Assembly (NCBI GenBank): GCA_037379595.1
Contig: JARRJI010000009.1
Location: 1-58,920, forward strand
Reading direction: 5' to 3'
DNA from: Acidobacteriota bacterium
GTDB taxonomy: Bacteria; Acidobacteriota; Terriglobia; UBA7540
Length of the DNA: 58,920 nucleotides
The position numbers and the translations under genes are program-made. Shown piece by piece: positions 1 to 8,683 of the stretch. Position 1 is the first letter of the stretch; each line of letters begins with the position of its first letter. The notes below the pieces were generated by a model. It made no database searches and had not been told where the DNA came from. It was given only the letters and a program-made list of their open reading frames with translations.

Positions 1-912
1 GAAAGGCACGCCCTCGGTGCTGTTGAAAGTTGGGTCTAACACCTGAGCGTTCACAATGGAAGTGCTGTTCGTGCTCCGGCGAAACAGATCGAAGAAGAAC
101 GAGGCCTTCTTGCCGAGCGGCCCGCCGAAATTCCCGGCAATAAAGTCTGAATAGTAACCCGGCTGGTTCGTGACGAAAGGATTCCTCGAGTTGAAGGACG
201 AGTCATTGCCAAAGCCAAAAACGTGCCCGTGATACTTCGAGAATCCGGGCTTGGTGATGATATCGATCCGTCCATACCCCAGCCTCTCGTACTGTGCCGA
301 GAAAGGATTCTGATTGACGCGGACTTCCAGGATGGCCTCCTTGGGTGGAAGCTGTCCGCCGGAAAATCCGTCGATGTAAATCTGGCCTCCATTGGGACCT
401 GCCGCAGGACCCGCCAGTTGTTGCAGCTCCGACTGCAATTCGTCGGGATCGTCGGAGAGGGACTTCAGGGCTGCACCCTTCAATACCAGCGCGCCAACAT
501 TGTTTTCAGGATTGACGCTGAGCCGTTCGCTCTCGCTCTGCACGGTAACCTGCTGCTTTTCGATGGTCAACGCCATCTGGGCATTCACAACTTCAAAATG
601 GCCGGCAGTCAGGTGAATTCCCGTCTTGGTGAATGTTGCAAAACCCGTGGTATTGATTTTTATTGTATAGGTGCCGAGCGGCAGGTCACGGAAAACATAG
701 CGCCCTTGCTCGTCTGTCTGGGCCACCTTCAACATATGGCTGGGTCCGGTGATGGTGACAGTAGCGGCGGGAATTGCAGCGCCGGATGGGTCCGTGACCT
801 GGCCGCGCACGCTGATCCGGCTCGTCTGCGCAATCAGGGCGGCAGAGAAACAAACTGCTACCAGCACCGCCCAAAGGGGTCGCTTGAGCTTCTTAAGCAG
901 GTCGATCATCAT
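1..912 (-). CDS. TonB-dependent receptor, N-terminal part (carboxypeptidase-regulatory-like domain); 3' end lies outside the window
   Basis: Own minus-strand translation from ATG at 912..910, with GGAGGA a few nt upstream: MMIDLLKKLKRPLWAVLVAVCFSAALIAQTSRISVRGQVTDPSGAAIPAATVTITGPSHMLKVAQTDEQGRYVFRDLPLGTYTIKINTTGFATFTK... The frame stays open to position 1. Same N-terminal architecture as the full TBDRs at 32602-36240 and 37205-40762. Absent from the ORF track, presumably because it has no stop in the window. Confidence 0.8.
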   Translation of the reverse strand, partial: MMIDLLKKLKRPLWAVLVAVCFSAALIAQTSRISVRGQVTDPSGAAIPAATVTITGPSHMLKVAQTDEQGRYVFRDLPLGTYTIKINTTGFATFTKTGIHLTAGHFEVVNAQMALTIEKQQVTVQSESERLSVNPENNVGALVLKGAALKSLSDDPDELQSELQQLAGPAAGPNGGQIYIDGFSGGQLPPKEAILEVRVNQNPFSAQYERLGYGRIDIITKPGFSKYHGHVFGFGNDSSFNSRNPFVTNQPGYYSDFIAGNFGGPLGKKASFFFDLFRRSTNSTSIVNAQVLDPTFNSTEGVPF

Positions 913-989
913 CAGGATCCTCCACAAACTCTTTTTGCCGATGGGAACGGTTCGTAATATTCCGCGGGCGTCTGTCACTGCAGCCCGAA

Positions 990-2195
990 TCAGGGTCCCT
1001 GGTTGCCGCCGCCTTCTTCGCCTCCACCGCCGCCACCTGTGCTCATATTCCACGGACCCAGCGCAACTTGTTTGCTGCCTTTGGGCCGAGCCCGGAGGAT
1101 AGGTTCCACGCCGCTCAGGACGGCAATGGCTGTTACCTCTGACGGCTTGGCGCCTTCAGTGCTGACGACAATGAGGGGCTCGCCAGCCTTGAGTTGACTC
1201 AGAGAGAGGGGTGGCATGTGGCTCAGCATTTCGTTGAAGTTTCCTGCTGGAGGTCCACCACCAGGCATGCCACCTCTTTCCCCGGGTGCTCCGGCGCCTC
1301 CCGGCCTTCCATGGCCCTGGAAGTTCGCTCGCTGCGGCATTTCGCGAGGCGGGCCTGCGCCTTTCTGTCCCGGTGTCGCATTCTGAGGGCCTCCTCCGGA
1401 GTTGAACATTGCGATCATGCCTGCGACGCGCGGAGTCAGTTCATGTAACTGTGAGCTGGCGTTGGTGCGAACCAGGAGAGGCTTACCCGTTGCCAGGTCC
1501 TTCACCGTGATGGTACCTTGCGAAGCGTCGACTGAAATCACCGTTGCACCGATGTTACGGAAAGTTCCGGATACCAGCTTTTCGGCAGTGAAATGAGTTC
1601 CGTCGGCGCTCTTTGTTCCGAGTGCGCGTACCTGGTCGCCCACTTTAATGTCCGCGAAAGGAGCGGGTTTCGCGTCGCTGAACTTGACCGAGTCCGGTGC
1701 ATAACGCAACAACACCGCGTTGGACGCGAGGGTAACCGTCATAGGATGAGTCAGATTGCCCGGCTTCGGAAGAGTGTTGGGCACCGACAGGGTGATCTCC
1801 TTTGAGGCCGGGTCAACGGCTTTGACCACACCGCTGAGGCCGCGTTTTTCCCAGGCAAGGACTTCCGCTGCGTGGGCCTTGGCCAGAGCTGTCTTGTTCA
1901 TGACGATAACCGTCTTCGCTTGAACCGACTTGTGATCGGCTGAGACGGGCCCCAGGATAAGAACCCGGTCGCCGACCTCAAGGACCGAAACTCCGTCAGG
2001 CAGGTTGACGGTCAGGTTTGGACCGGCATCCGTGTGCAGGGTCAGTTGTCCGGCCTGGATTTTTGTGACCCTGCCGATGGGCCGGATTGCCTGGGAAGTT
2101 GAGGCATTCTGTTGGGATGGCCGGGCCACGGCCGCCGCCTGGGCAAGAATAAGACAGGGACCGAGCAATATAAGACAGAATCTCCAATTCTTCAT
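990..2195 (-). CDS. secreted hypothetical protein with repeated beta-type modules and a Gly/Pro-rich C-terminal part
   Basis: ORF 990..2210. ATG at 2195 (MKNWRFCLILLGPCLILAQAAA) gives a signal peptide and has GGAG upstream; the TTG at 2210 is less likely. No family recognised with certainty. Confidence 0.6.
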   Translation of the reverse strand: MKNWRFCLILLGPCLILAQAAAVARPSQQNASTSQAIRPIGRVTKIQAGQLTLHTDAGPNLTVNLPDGVSVLEVGDRVLILGPVSADHKSVQAKTVIVMNKTALAKAHAAEVLAWEKRGLSGVVKAVDPASKEITLSVPNTLPKPGNLTHPMTVTLASNAVLLRYAPDSVKFSDAKPAPFADIKVGDQVRALGTKSADGTHFTAEKLVSGTFRNIGATVISVDASQGTITVKDLATGKPLLVRTNASSQLHELTPRVAGMIAMFNSGGGPQNATPGQKGAGPPREMPQRANFQGHGRPGGAGAPGERGGMPGGGPPAGNFNEMLSHMPPLSLSQLKAGEPLIVVSTEGAKPSEVTAIAVLSGVEPILRARPKGSKQVALGPWNMSTGGGGGGEEGGGNQGP

Positions 2196-2449
2196 TTTTA
2201 ATTGCTCCAAACTTATCTAGACGATTGGGCCAGGAGCCGGGTTTCCGACTTTCCCTGATTTTGGCAATATTTCTGCGCCGCCCCTGAAGTTATCCTCTCC
2301 ACTGGCAAGAAGAGACAGCGTTCGATCAGGCAGAAAAAAGAGTACGTCCCCTCATTCTTGCCAGCGAAAAAGCCCAATATATTAGATAATCATCAAAGCG
2401 GGACTACGTAAAGCAGGATTGAGAAGAATTGTCTGCCAGGAGGCTCGGG

Positions 2450-2602
2450 ATGACACACTTGGGCGAACCCAAACGAACCATTGTTGTCGAACCTTTGAAA
2501 GATCCCGTCCCCAGGGAGGTGCCGAATGAGCCTGAGAAACCTGCTGAGCCGGTTCCCGGGCCCAGCGAGAGGCCCCTTGATGCGCCCGTCAGGCCTGCCT
2601 GA
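2450..2602 (+). CDS. possible small Pro/Glu-rich ORF (50 aa)
   Basis: ATG at 2450 preceded by AGGAGG. Translation MTHLGEPKRTIVVEPLKDPVPREVPNEPEKPAEPVPGPSERPLDAPVRPA. Overlaps the 5' end of the 2526 ORF in another frame, and that frame has the higher third-position GC in the overlap, so this call is weak. Confidence 0.25.
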   Translation: MTHLGEPKRTIVVEPLKDPVPREVPNEPEKPAEPVPGPSERPLDAPVRPA

Positions 2603-3269
2603 GGCGAACCTCGGCGGAATTCCCGATCTCGTCGAACCCTTGCTGGGGTGGCGTGTGTGGAGAGTGTGGACGCCGGCCACCGGTTCCGACTGCTGCCCGG
2701 TTTTCAGCAGTGTGATTCTGGACACGCCTTGGGCACCCCGAAGAAGGGTTTCGGCCGAGCACAGCTTTGACCTGGGGCCCAGTTGCCGGGGCCTGCTTGA
2801 ATCAGACTGTTCCTGCGGGCTTTATGCCTTTAAAGACCCGGTGGAGGCGTTGGGCTATCTGATCAAGGTCCGGGACAGGCTGCTCGGCATGTCCGTTGAC
2901 GTGTCTTTCGGCACAGTCAGCCTTTGGGGGACAGTTGTGGAGTGTGAAAGAGGATATAAGGCTCAATATGCCTATCCTCATCATTTTTATCTTTCCGCCC
3001 CGATTTCCCGATCCCTCGCCATGGTCAGCTCTGCTTTCGGCGTCCCAGTGGGGATTTACACCTCGGACGACGATGAGGAAATCAGCATGCCTGTTTCCTT
3101 TGCCCGCTCCAGCCGGGGGAGCGTGCCCCTGAAAAAATCTGCATTGATCCAGTCTGAGAAGATTCCTTATCTGGTCGGACTATACGACCTGACAGCCTCA
3201 CCGGAATGGGTCAGTCAACCTTTGCTGGGCCGGCCTGAACTCCTTTCGTCCGGTTTGGCGGACGACTGA
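2526..3269 (+). CDS. hypothetical protein (GWRVWRV ... CSCGLYAF ... GTVSLWGTVVECERGYKAQYAYP motifs)
   Basis: ORF track; GGGAGG 7 nt upstream of ATG 2526 (alternative ATG at 2580). Coding-like composition; no function recognisable. Confidence 0.55.
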   Translation: MSLRNLLSRFPGPARGPLMRPSGLPEANLGGIPDLVEPLLGWRVWRVWTPATGSDCCPVFSSVILDTPWAPRRRVSAEHSFDLGPSCRGLLESDCSCGLYAFKDPVEALGYLIKVRDRLLGMSVDVSFGTVSLWGTVVECERGYKAQYAYPHHFYLSAPISRSLAMVSSAFGVPVGIYTSDDDEEISMPVSFARSSRGSVPLKKSALIQSEKIPYLVGLYDLTASPEWVSQPLLGRPELLSSGLADD

Positions 3270-3494
3270 ATTGCCCAGAGACGGCAGGCGGCACCGGTCT
3301 GGAATGGCGTACTTGCGTGCCAGCAACGAATTGACTGTGCTATGATCGAGAATGCTGTGCATGAGCCCGTGTCCGGCCTGGCGAAGCCGCATGGGATTAA
3401 GGAAGTGGGTTGACGTTCGCAATTTGCTGCTGTCTGGCAGCTCAAAGGGTCGCCTGTCGGCAGGTTCGCCTTCGAAGACATCGCAAGGGACCAT
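3198..3494 (-). pseudogene. possible C-terminal remnant of a tyrosine recombinase/integrase
   Basis: The 98-aa ORF contains STHFLNPMRLRQAGHGLMHSILDHSTVNSLLARKYA. This resembles the integrase C-terminal pattern HxLRH..A..L...G.....I...LGHS.....T..Y, with R and G substituted and a few residues missing. No N-terminal or core-binding part is present upstream. Confidence 0.3.
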
Positions 3495-3930
3495 TTCCCC
3501 AAGTCGAGTTCATCTAAGGCGCACAATTTTGCTTCTGCTTGAACCGTAGGGTTGACCAGGACAGGATAGGATTTGGTTGGCGCAGGGGTCCCGGCCCTTA
3601 CGGCCAGGGGTCTGAGCCGAGGCGCTCACTGGACACGTCAATGTTCGTGGGCCTATGCCTGTTTCAGGATTGAGAGAGACTCATAGCTTTCATCACTTCA
3701 GTTTCCGGCGGAGTTGCAGCATCCCCCGCTTTTCGCATATGCGAACCAACCGAATGTTGCTCCAGCCAGCACCTCAGAGGGGTGGACGTTCACGGCGAAA
3801 CGTGGACCCGGAAGCGGTTTACTGTGGGGATGGCCGCTGGCGAATGTAAATACAATACTTCGACAGATAACCCGGAGGATGGTTTTTGTCATCTGATCAT
3901 TCGTTTGTAAAGTCGATAGGATTTTTTCCG

Positions 3931-5461
3931 ATGAGCATTAAATTCCGGCTGAACCGGCTTACAGGCATTCCTGCTAAGTTCCGGACCCTGAACTGTGGCA
4001 CCCGAATCCGTAGAGGAAAGTTGACCGCCGGTCTGCTGCTGCTGTCTTTCGTTGCATTGATGACCATCGGCTGCGGCGGTTCATCGAGCAACTCGTCCAC
4101 GACGACGAACAGCGCGGGAGCCCTCTACACCTTTGTCGGCGACGCTCCAGCGTGCGACGTACTTTCATTTTCCATGTTCCCTTCGCAACTGGATCTTCAT
4201 CAGGCAGGTGAGCACGTTACGGGATGATCAGACCATTGCCAACCTGACATCGGTGGCAGCAGGAACCTACGATCAAGCGATCCTGAGCGTTGTTGTTAAT
4301 AACATGGCCGTCTTCGATCTCTTGCAGAGTCCTCCCTTTAGTAGCAAAACAGCGTCGGTTTCTTCCTCCAGCGTCCCCGTTCCTCTGCAGCCGAACCTCA
4401 CCGTGACATCGGGCAAGGTCAGCGCCCTCGAACTGGATTTGAATCTGCCGCAATCACTTGCTGTGAATTCTTCGGGACAGTTAACCGGCGCGGTCAACTG
4501 GGTCTTCACGGCGCGGCCGGTGGTTGCGTCCGGCTCCAACGGTTTCGGGACGTTCGACAATTTGTATGGATTTGTGCGGACCGTGAGCGCTTCGAGCCCC
4601 GGCGCTGGTTTCACCGGCTCTTTTCTGCTCCAGACTTTATCCCAGACTCTGACAAGTTCTACGTCGGGAGGGCCTGCCCTTACTGTGTACCTGACCGATA
4701 AGACGAATCTTATTGGGGTATCGAGTCTCAATCAGTTGCCAACGGGAAATTATGTGGCAGTTGACGCATACATTGATTCTGACGGACACCTGGTTGCCAA
4801 CGCGATTCAGGTGGGGACCCGCGAATCTGTCAGCCAGCGACTGCTGGGGTACATGGGGCCCGTCTTGAGCGTGACCAAAGATTCCAGTGGAAACGTGACT
4901 CAGTTCACGATGCTGGTGCGCGAGACTCAGCCCAACGACACCACAGACATTCCGGTTGACACGGCAGTCAAGGTCAATCTCTCTTCATCCACAACCTTTG
5001 ATCCTTTCCAGCTTTCTTCCGACCTGGCTAACCTGGCGGCCAGCGGAAATCTCACCTTTGATCGCACTACGCTCGTACCCGGAGACGAAGTGGTCGTCAG
5101 CGGCGTCTTTACCAAACCGTCCAGCGGGCTGACCAGTGTGGCGGCGGACTCAATCTCTCAACAGCCGCAATCTGTTCAAGGACAATTTTCGTCGCTGGTG
5201 GGACAACCGGGATCAGATGACAAGACTGGAGTGTTTCAACTGGCTCCGTGCGCAGGCATTCTCAGCAACTATCCACTGATGGTGGTGACCGACGCACAGA
5301 CCGACTTTGTTAACACCAGCGGCTTGAGCACATTGTCGCTGACGACCCCTTTGCTGGCCCGGGGCCTGTTGTTCTTTACGGTGAACGGCACAAAGATCAA
5401 CGGTATTAACATTCCAGCCGGAACGATGGTTCTCGTCGCCAAGAGTGTCCGGCAATTCTAG
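3931..5461 (+). pseudogene. lipoprotein (tentatively DUF4382-like N-terminus) interrupted by a frameshift near 4190-4225
   Basis: Frame 1 (3931..4227) encodes a lipobox signal LLLLSFVALMTIGCGG then ...ALYTFVGDAPACDVLSFSMFPSQLDLHQAGEHVTG*. Frame 2 (track ORF 4133..5461) continues sensibly from ...TLRDDQTIANLTSVAAGTYDQAILSVV to a 440-aa secreted-type body. The nominal N-terminus of the second ORF (MSATLQRATYFHFPCSL) is not protein-like. Confidence 0.55.
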
Positions 5462-5486
5462 CAGGTTGCTACTGGCCCCCCCTTCA

Positions 5487-5578
5487 CGAAGTCATCCTGT
5501 GCGAAGCGAAACATCTGCCCGCCGTGTTGTTTCGTTGTTCGAAGATGCAGCCGATGCTCTGCTATCCCCGGCATGACG
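5487..5578. repeat. short palindromic intergenic element (GTCATCCTG..GCGAAGCGAA type)
   Basis: gtcatcctgtgcgaagcgaaacatctgc ... ccggcatgac, with ends in inverted orientation (gtcat / atgac) and an internal hairpin cgaaaca/tgtttcg. Resembles the unit of the larger element at 32251-32467. Confidence 0.3.
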
Positions 5579-5666
5579 AGTGGCTTTTTAAGCATCCTGC
5601 CAGGCTGAGTCGTGCAGGGATCAGGTCTTCTGGGTTTTGTCCCTGGGCGGCGTGAACCCGCGGGAA

Positions 5667-6203
5667 TTAGCGGGACGCGCGAGTTTTCTTCGCATTTCGC
5701 TGACGGGGTAGCCGGGTGAATTTCAGATCTTTTCCGCGCTTGAGCTTGGTGACGTAAAGAATCTGGCCGGCATGCAAGGCAAAATGCTCAGCTACGTGGC
5801 ACAGAACCTGGAGTCCGGTGACGTTATATCCCTGGATTGAAAACCTGCGCATAAGGTCGGGTCCCCTGATTCCCGCGAGAACCTGATCGGCTTCCTTTAC
5901 CGTCTTTCTCAATCCAGCCAGAAGCGCCCGGCGGGGAATCGGCCCGGTCTCGGCGAACTCGCGATCTCTGTCACGCTGGTCCGCCTGGCTGCCCAGCCCG
6001 GAAATAATCCATTGCCGCACGTTGCCCTGAAGATGCAAGACGAGATTCCCAACGCTGTTCGAGGCGGGATTAGGCCGCCACCAGATTTCCTCTTCCGAAA
6101 GAAGCTTCAAACATCGGCTGATCCGCGGGGGATAGACTTCCACCAGTACCCGGCGCGCTTCTGCCAGGATTGGCCTCGCCAGGTTTGTGGGTTGTGTTTT
6201 CAT
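5667..6203 (-). CDS. DinB-family (DUF1572-like) protein
   Basis: Translation from ATG 6203: MKTQPTNLARPILAEARRVLVEVYPPRISRCLKLLSEEEIWWRPNPASNSVGNLVLHLQGNVRQWI...CHVAEHFALHAGQI, the typical DinB four-helix pattern with conserved His. The ATG overlaps the upstream stop as ATGA (6200-6203). The longer track ORF (to 6467) is an unlikely extension. Confidence 0.8.
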   Translation of the reverse strand: MKTQPTNLARPILAEARRVLVEVYPPRISRCLKLLSEEEIWWRPNPASNSVGNLVLHLQGNVRQWIISGLGSQADQRDRDREFAETGPIPRRALLAGLRKTVKEADQVLAGIRGPDLMRRFSIQGYNVTGLQVLCHVAEHFALHAGQILYVTKLKRGKDLKFTRLPRQRNAKKTRASR

Positions 6204-7177
6204 CGGCGTTTGATCTCCTTTTTGGAATATATTTCTTCCAGCAGACTCTTCTTCCAATCGGCTTGTTCCCAGTAGGTCAGCCAGAGGTAAAAAGTAGCAT
6301 AGCTTCGCCAGCCAGCCCATTTCCTGGCAAGCTGCTCCACGTGGGCAGGCGAAGGCAGCTTCCGCAATCGGTAAAAGAGTTGGATGGCCTTCTGCAACCC
6401 TACATCGGAAGCGGGAAGGTGATCCGGTTTCCCAAGGGCGCGCAGGCAGACGTACTCCGCCGTCCATGGCCCGATCCCCTTGTGCCTCAGCAGTCGCTGA
6501 CGAACCTGCTCAGATGGCAGTTTCCGCAATTCCTCAGGGTCCAGTTCACCAACAGAGACGGCTCTGGAAAATTCGATGATATAGCGTGCTTTGGGCCCCG
6601 AAATCTGAAGCTTGCGAAGGTCGGCGGGCGTGACCCTGGCCAGTGCGCGCGGCTGGGGAAACGTGCTGTACCGCTGCCCCTTGAATTCGACGGATTTGCC
6701 ATAGGCTTCGACAAGCGCGCGTTTGACCTGATGAGCAAAGGTGAGATTGACCTGCTGTTCCAGGATGGCGCAGACCACGCATTCATACACTGAGGGAGCT
6801 TGCGGAATGCGCAGACCTCGAAATCGATCCACGAGTCTGGCGAGGACCTTATCTTTCCTTGCGATTCGGTAGAAAGGAGACAGATCGAGCTCGGTGGCGA
6901 ACTGCCGGGCCACCGTTCGTTGAACTTGCTGACGAACGCCTCGGTCTCCGGGCCCCTTGAGGACCCTGACCTTCAGCGCAGGCGGACCTGAATTTCCGTC
7001 CTCGGAGATGCCATACAGGACCGGCTGGCTATCGATTCTTATCGCTCGCCGGTATTCACCATCGTGATAGTGGTCCATCAGCGGCTCAAAAACGCGGCCG
7101 CTTAGCTGCGCCGGCGGGCTCAAAATAAACTTGAGCGTCCGGTGAAAATCGAACGGTTGTTGGGGTTTTAACAGCAC
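6200..7177 (-). CDS. alkA: DNA-3-methyladenine glycosylase II-like HhH-GPD base-excision enzyme
   Basis: 325 aa, GTG start. HhH-GPD signature region ...CAILEQQVNLTFAHQVKRAL...LRHKGIGPWTAEYVCLRALGKPDHLPASDVGLQKA. Translationally coupled to the DinB gene. Confidence 0.8.
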   Translation of the reverse strand: MLLKPQQPFDFHRTLKFILSPPAQLSGRVFEPLMDHYHDGEYRRAIRIDSQPVLYGISEDGNSGPPALKVRVLKGPGDRGVRQQVQRTVARQFATELDLSPFYRIARKDKVLARLVDRFRGLRIPQAPSVYECVVCAILEQQVNLTFAHQVKRALVEAYGKSVEFKGQRYSTFPQPRALARVTPADLRKLQISGPKARYIIEFSRAVSVGELDPEELRKLPSEQVRQRLLRHKGIGPWTAEYVCLRALGKPDHLPASDVGLQKAIQLFYRLRKLPSPAHVEQLARKWAGWRSYATFYLWLTYWEQADWKKSLLEEIYSKKEIKRR

Positions 7178-7482
7178 GGATAATTGATTCGCTCCTTCTG
7201 GACCGAACGTCTGGCAACCGGCCGATCTGCCGCCGAGCCGGAATATGGGATTATTGATGCTCTGCTATTCTGGCCGAGGATGCCGGAATTCGCAACTGAA
7301 ACGGCTCGTCGGAGCGGTCTCACGGAAGAGGATTGCCCTTGTACCAAGGGAATCAGGGAATCTTTGGTTGCCTCACATGAAAAATCCTTTGTATCTTTTT
7401 ATCTGCAGAGACATCCCAAAATACTATGGGGCATGTTACGCTTTACGTTGGACCTACATCTGAAAGGAACGCTGAAATTCTA

Positions 7483-8094
7483 ATGGCTAACTCTCGCGAT
7501 GCCGGCCTTGTGAAGGGCGAGTCCGTCCTGGTGACCGAAGCCAAGGCCGGCAGCTATGAGGCCTTCGAAGAGCTGGTCAACCGGTATGAGAAGAAGATCT
7601 ACCGCCTCGGCCTGAATTTGACGGGCAACCCTGAAGATGCGGAAGACATGCTTCAGGAGACCTTCATGAAGGCCTTTGAGCACCTGCCCACATTTCGTGA
7701 AGATTCCCGCTTTTATACCTGGATCGTTCGCATTGCCATCAATCAGGGATTAATGAAGCTTAGGAAACGCCGCAGCAGCAAAGAAGTGCAATTGGATGAA
7801 CCTTCGAATGAGGACGGCGACGTTATGCCCAGGGAATTTGCCGATTGGCGCCCGAATCCGGAGCAGGAACTGCAGCGGACGGAACTGGAGACAATTCTTC
7901 AGGATGCCACTCGTGCTCTTCCCGTGACTTTTCGAACGGTTTTCTATCTCCGTGATGTAGAGGGTCTTTCCACCGAAGAAACGGCGGAAATGCTCAACTT
8001 GTCCGAGGGTGCGGTCAAGGCCCGCTTGTTCCGGGCGCGCCTTCGCCTTCGCGAAGAGTTGAGCAAGACTCTAAAGATTAAGCAAGATTCCTAA
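7483..8094 (+). CDS. ECF-type RNA polymerase sigma-70 factor
   Basis: Region 2 (YEKKIYRLGLNLTGNPEDAEDMLQETFMKAFEHLPTFREDSRFYTWIVRIAINQGLMKLRKRR) and region 4 (LPVTFRTVFYLRDVEGLSTEETAEMLNLSEGAVKARLFRARLRL). ATG at 7483 is preferred over the track start 7426. Confidence 0.9.
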   Translation: MANSRDAGLVKGESVLVTEAKAGSYEAFEELVNRYEKKIYRLGLNLTGNPEDAEDMLQETFMKAFEHLPTFREDSRFYTWIVRIAINQGLMKLRKRRSSKEVQLDEPSNEDGDVMPREFADWRPNPEQELQRTELETILQDATRALPVTFRTVFYLRDVEGLSTEETAEMLNLSEGAVKARLFRARLRLREELSKTLKIKQDS

Positions 8095-8108
8095 ACCGAG
8101 GTTAAGTT

Positions 8109-8351
8109 TTGGTAAATTGTAGAAACGCGATCCAGCAGATTTCCGGCTACCTGGACGGAAACCTGGATGAAGATCTGAAGCGCACTCTGGAAGCCCACCT
8201 GAACGGCTGCCATCATTGCAAGGCTGTTTTTGACACCACGCGGAAGACTGTCGAGCTCTACTGCGATGGTAAGCTTTTCCCCCTTCCGACCGCGGTTCAT
8301 GACCGATTGCACGCGGCGCTGCGGGCGAAGTGCGAAGGCAAGTCGAAATAG
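8109..8351 (+). CDS. small cytoplasmic anti-sigma factor, zinc-finger (HxxxCxxC) type
   Basis: 80 aa, TTG start, 14 nt after the sigma gene. Motif AHLNGCHHCKA = H-x3-C-x2-C. No hydrophobic segment. Confidence 0.7.
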   Translation: MVNCRNAIQQISGYLDGNLDEDLKRTLEAHLNGCHHCKAVFDTTRKTVELYCDGKLFPLPTAVHDRLHAALRAKCEGKSK

Positions 8352-8472
8352 CACGGTGGCACGATTTTGCCAAGTTCTTCTTCCTGCCCCTCCCATTGTC
8401 TCCGTACCGATTCGGTTATCCACTCAAAAGCAGAGGGGGTTGCTGTGCGCCCCCGTTCCGCCGGTGTTTGCT

Positions 8473-8507
8473 TTGCCTGAAAAGCCTCGCCTACTTATAA
8501 TTATAAG
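8473..8507 (+). promoter_or_regulatory. candidate sigma-70 promoter (TTGCCT-17-TATAAT) overlapped by the perfect palindrome CTTATAATTATAAG
   Basis: -35 at 8473-8478, -10 at 8496-8501, palindrome at 8494-8507. Lies about 180 nt upstream of the uvrA-like start. Confidence 0.3.
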
Positions 8508-8683
8508 TTTGGGCAAGCATCTCTAACGCGATCTGTGTTGTTCCCGCCCGTATCGAGTGGGAACAGAAGGGGTGGCGCAAGATTCCCAGGCGAAGGACCA
8601 CAAAAAAGGTACCGCAGCACAGCAAGGTCACGCCTTCTGCACCGAACCCGCCTGCTTCCGACGGCCTGGCTCATCCGGGGAAG

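Noticed and set aside
223-957. 244-aa plus-strand ORF at the window start
   Set aside because: Antisense to the partial TonB-dependent receptor (1..912, minus), which has a clear signal peptide, an SD and family motifs.
8358-8372. TGGCACGATTTTGCC, sigma-54-like promoter
   Set aside because: The GG-to-GC spacing is one nucleotide shorter than the strict -24/-12 consensus, and no enhancer-binding-protein gene is nearby.
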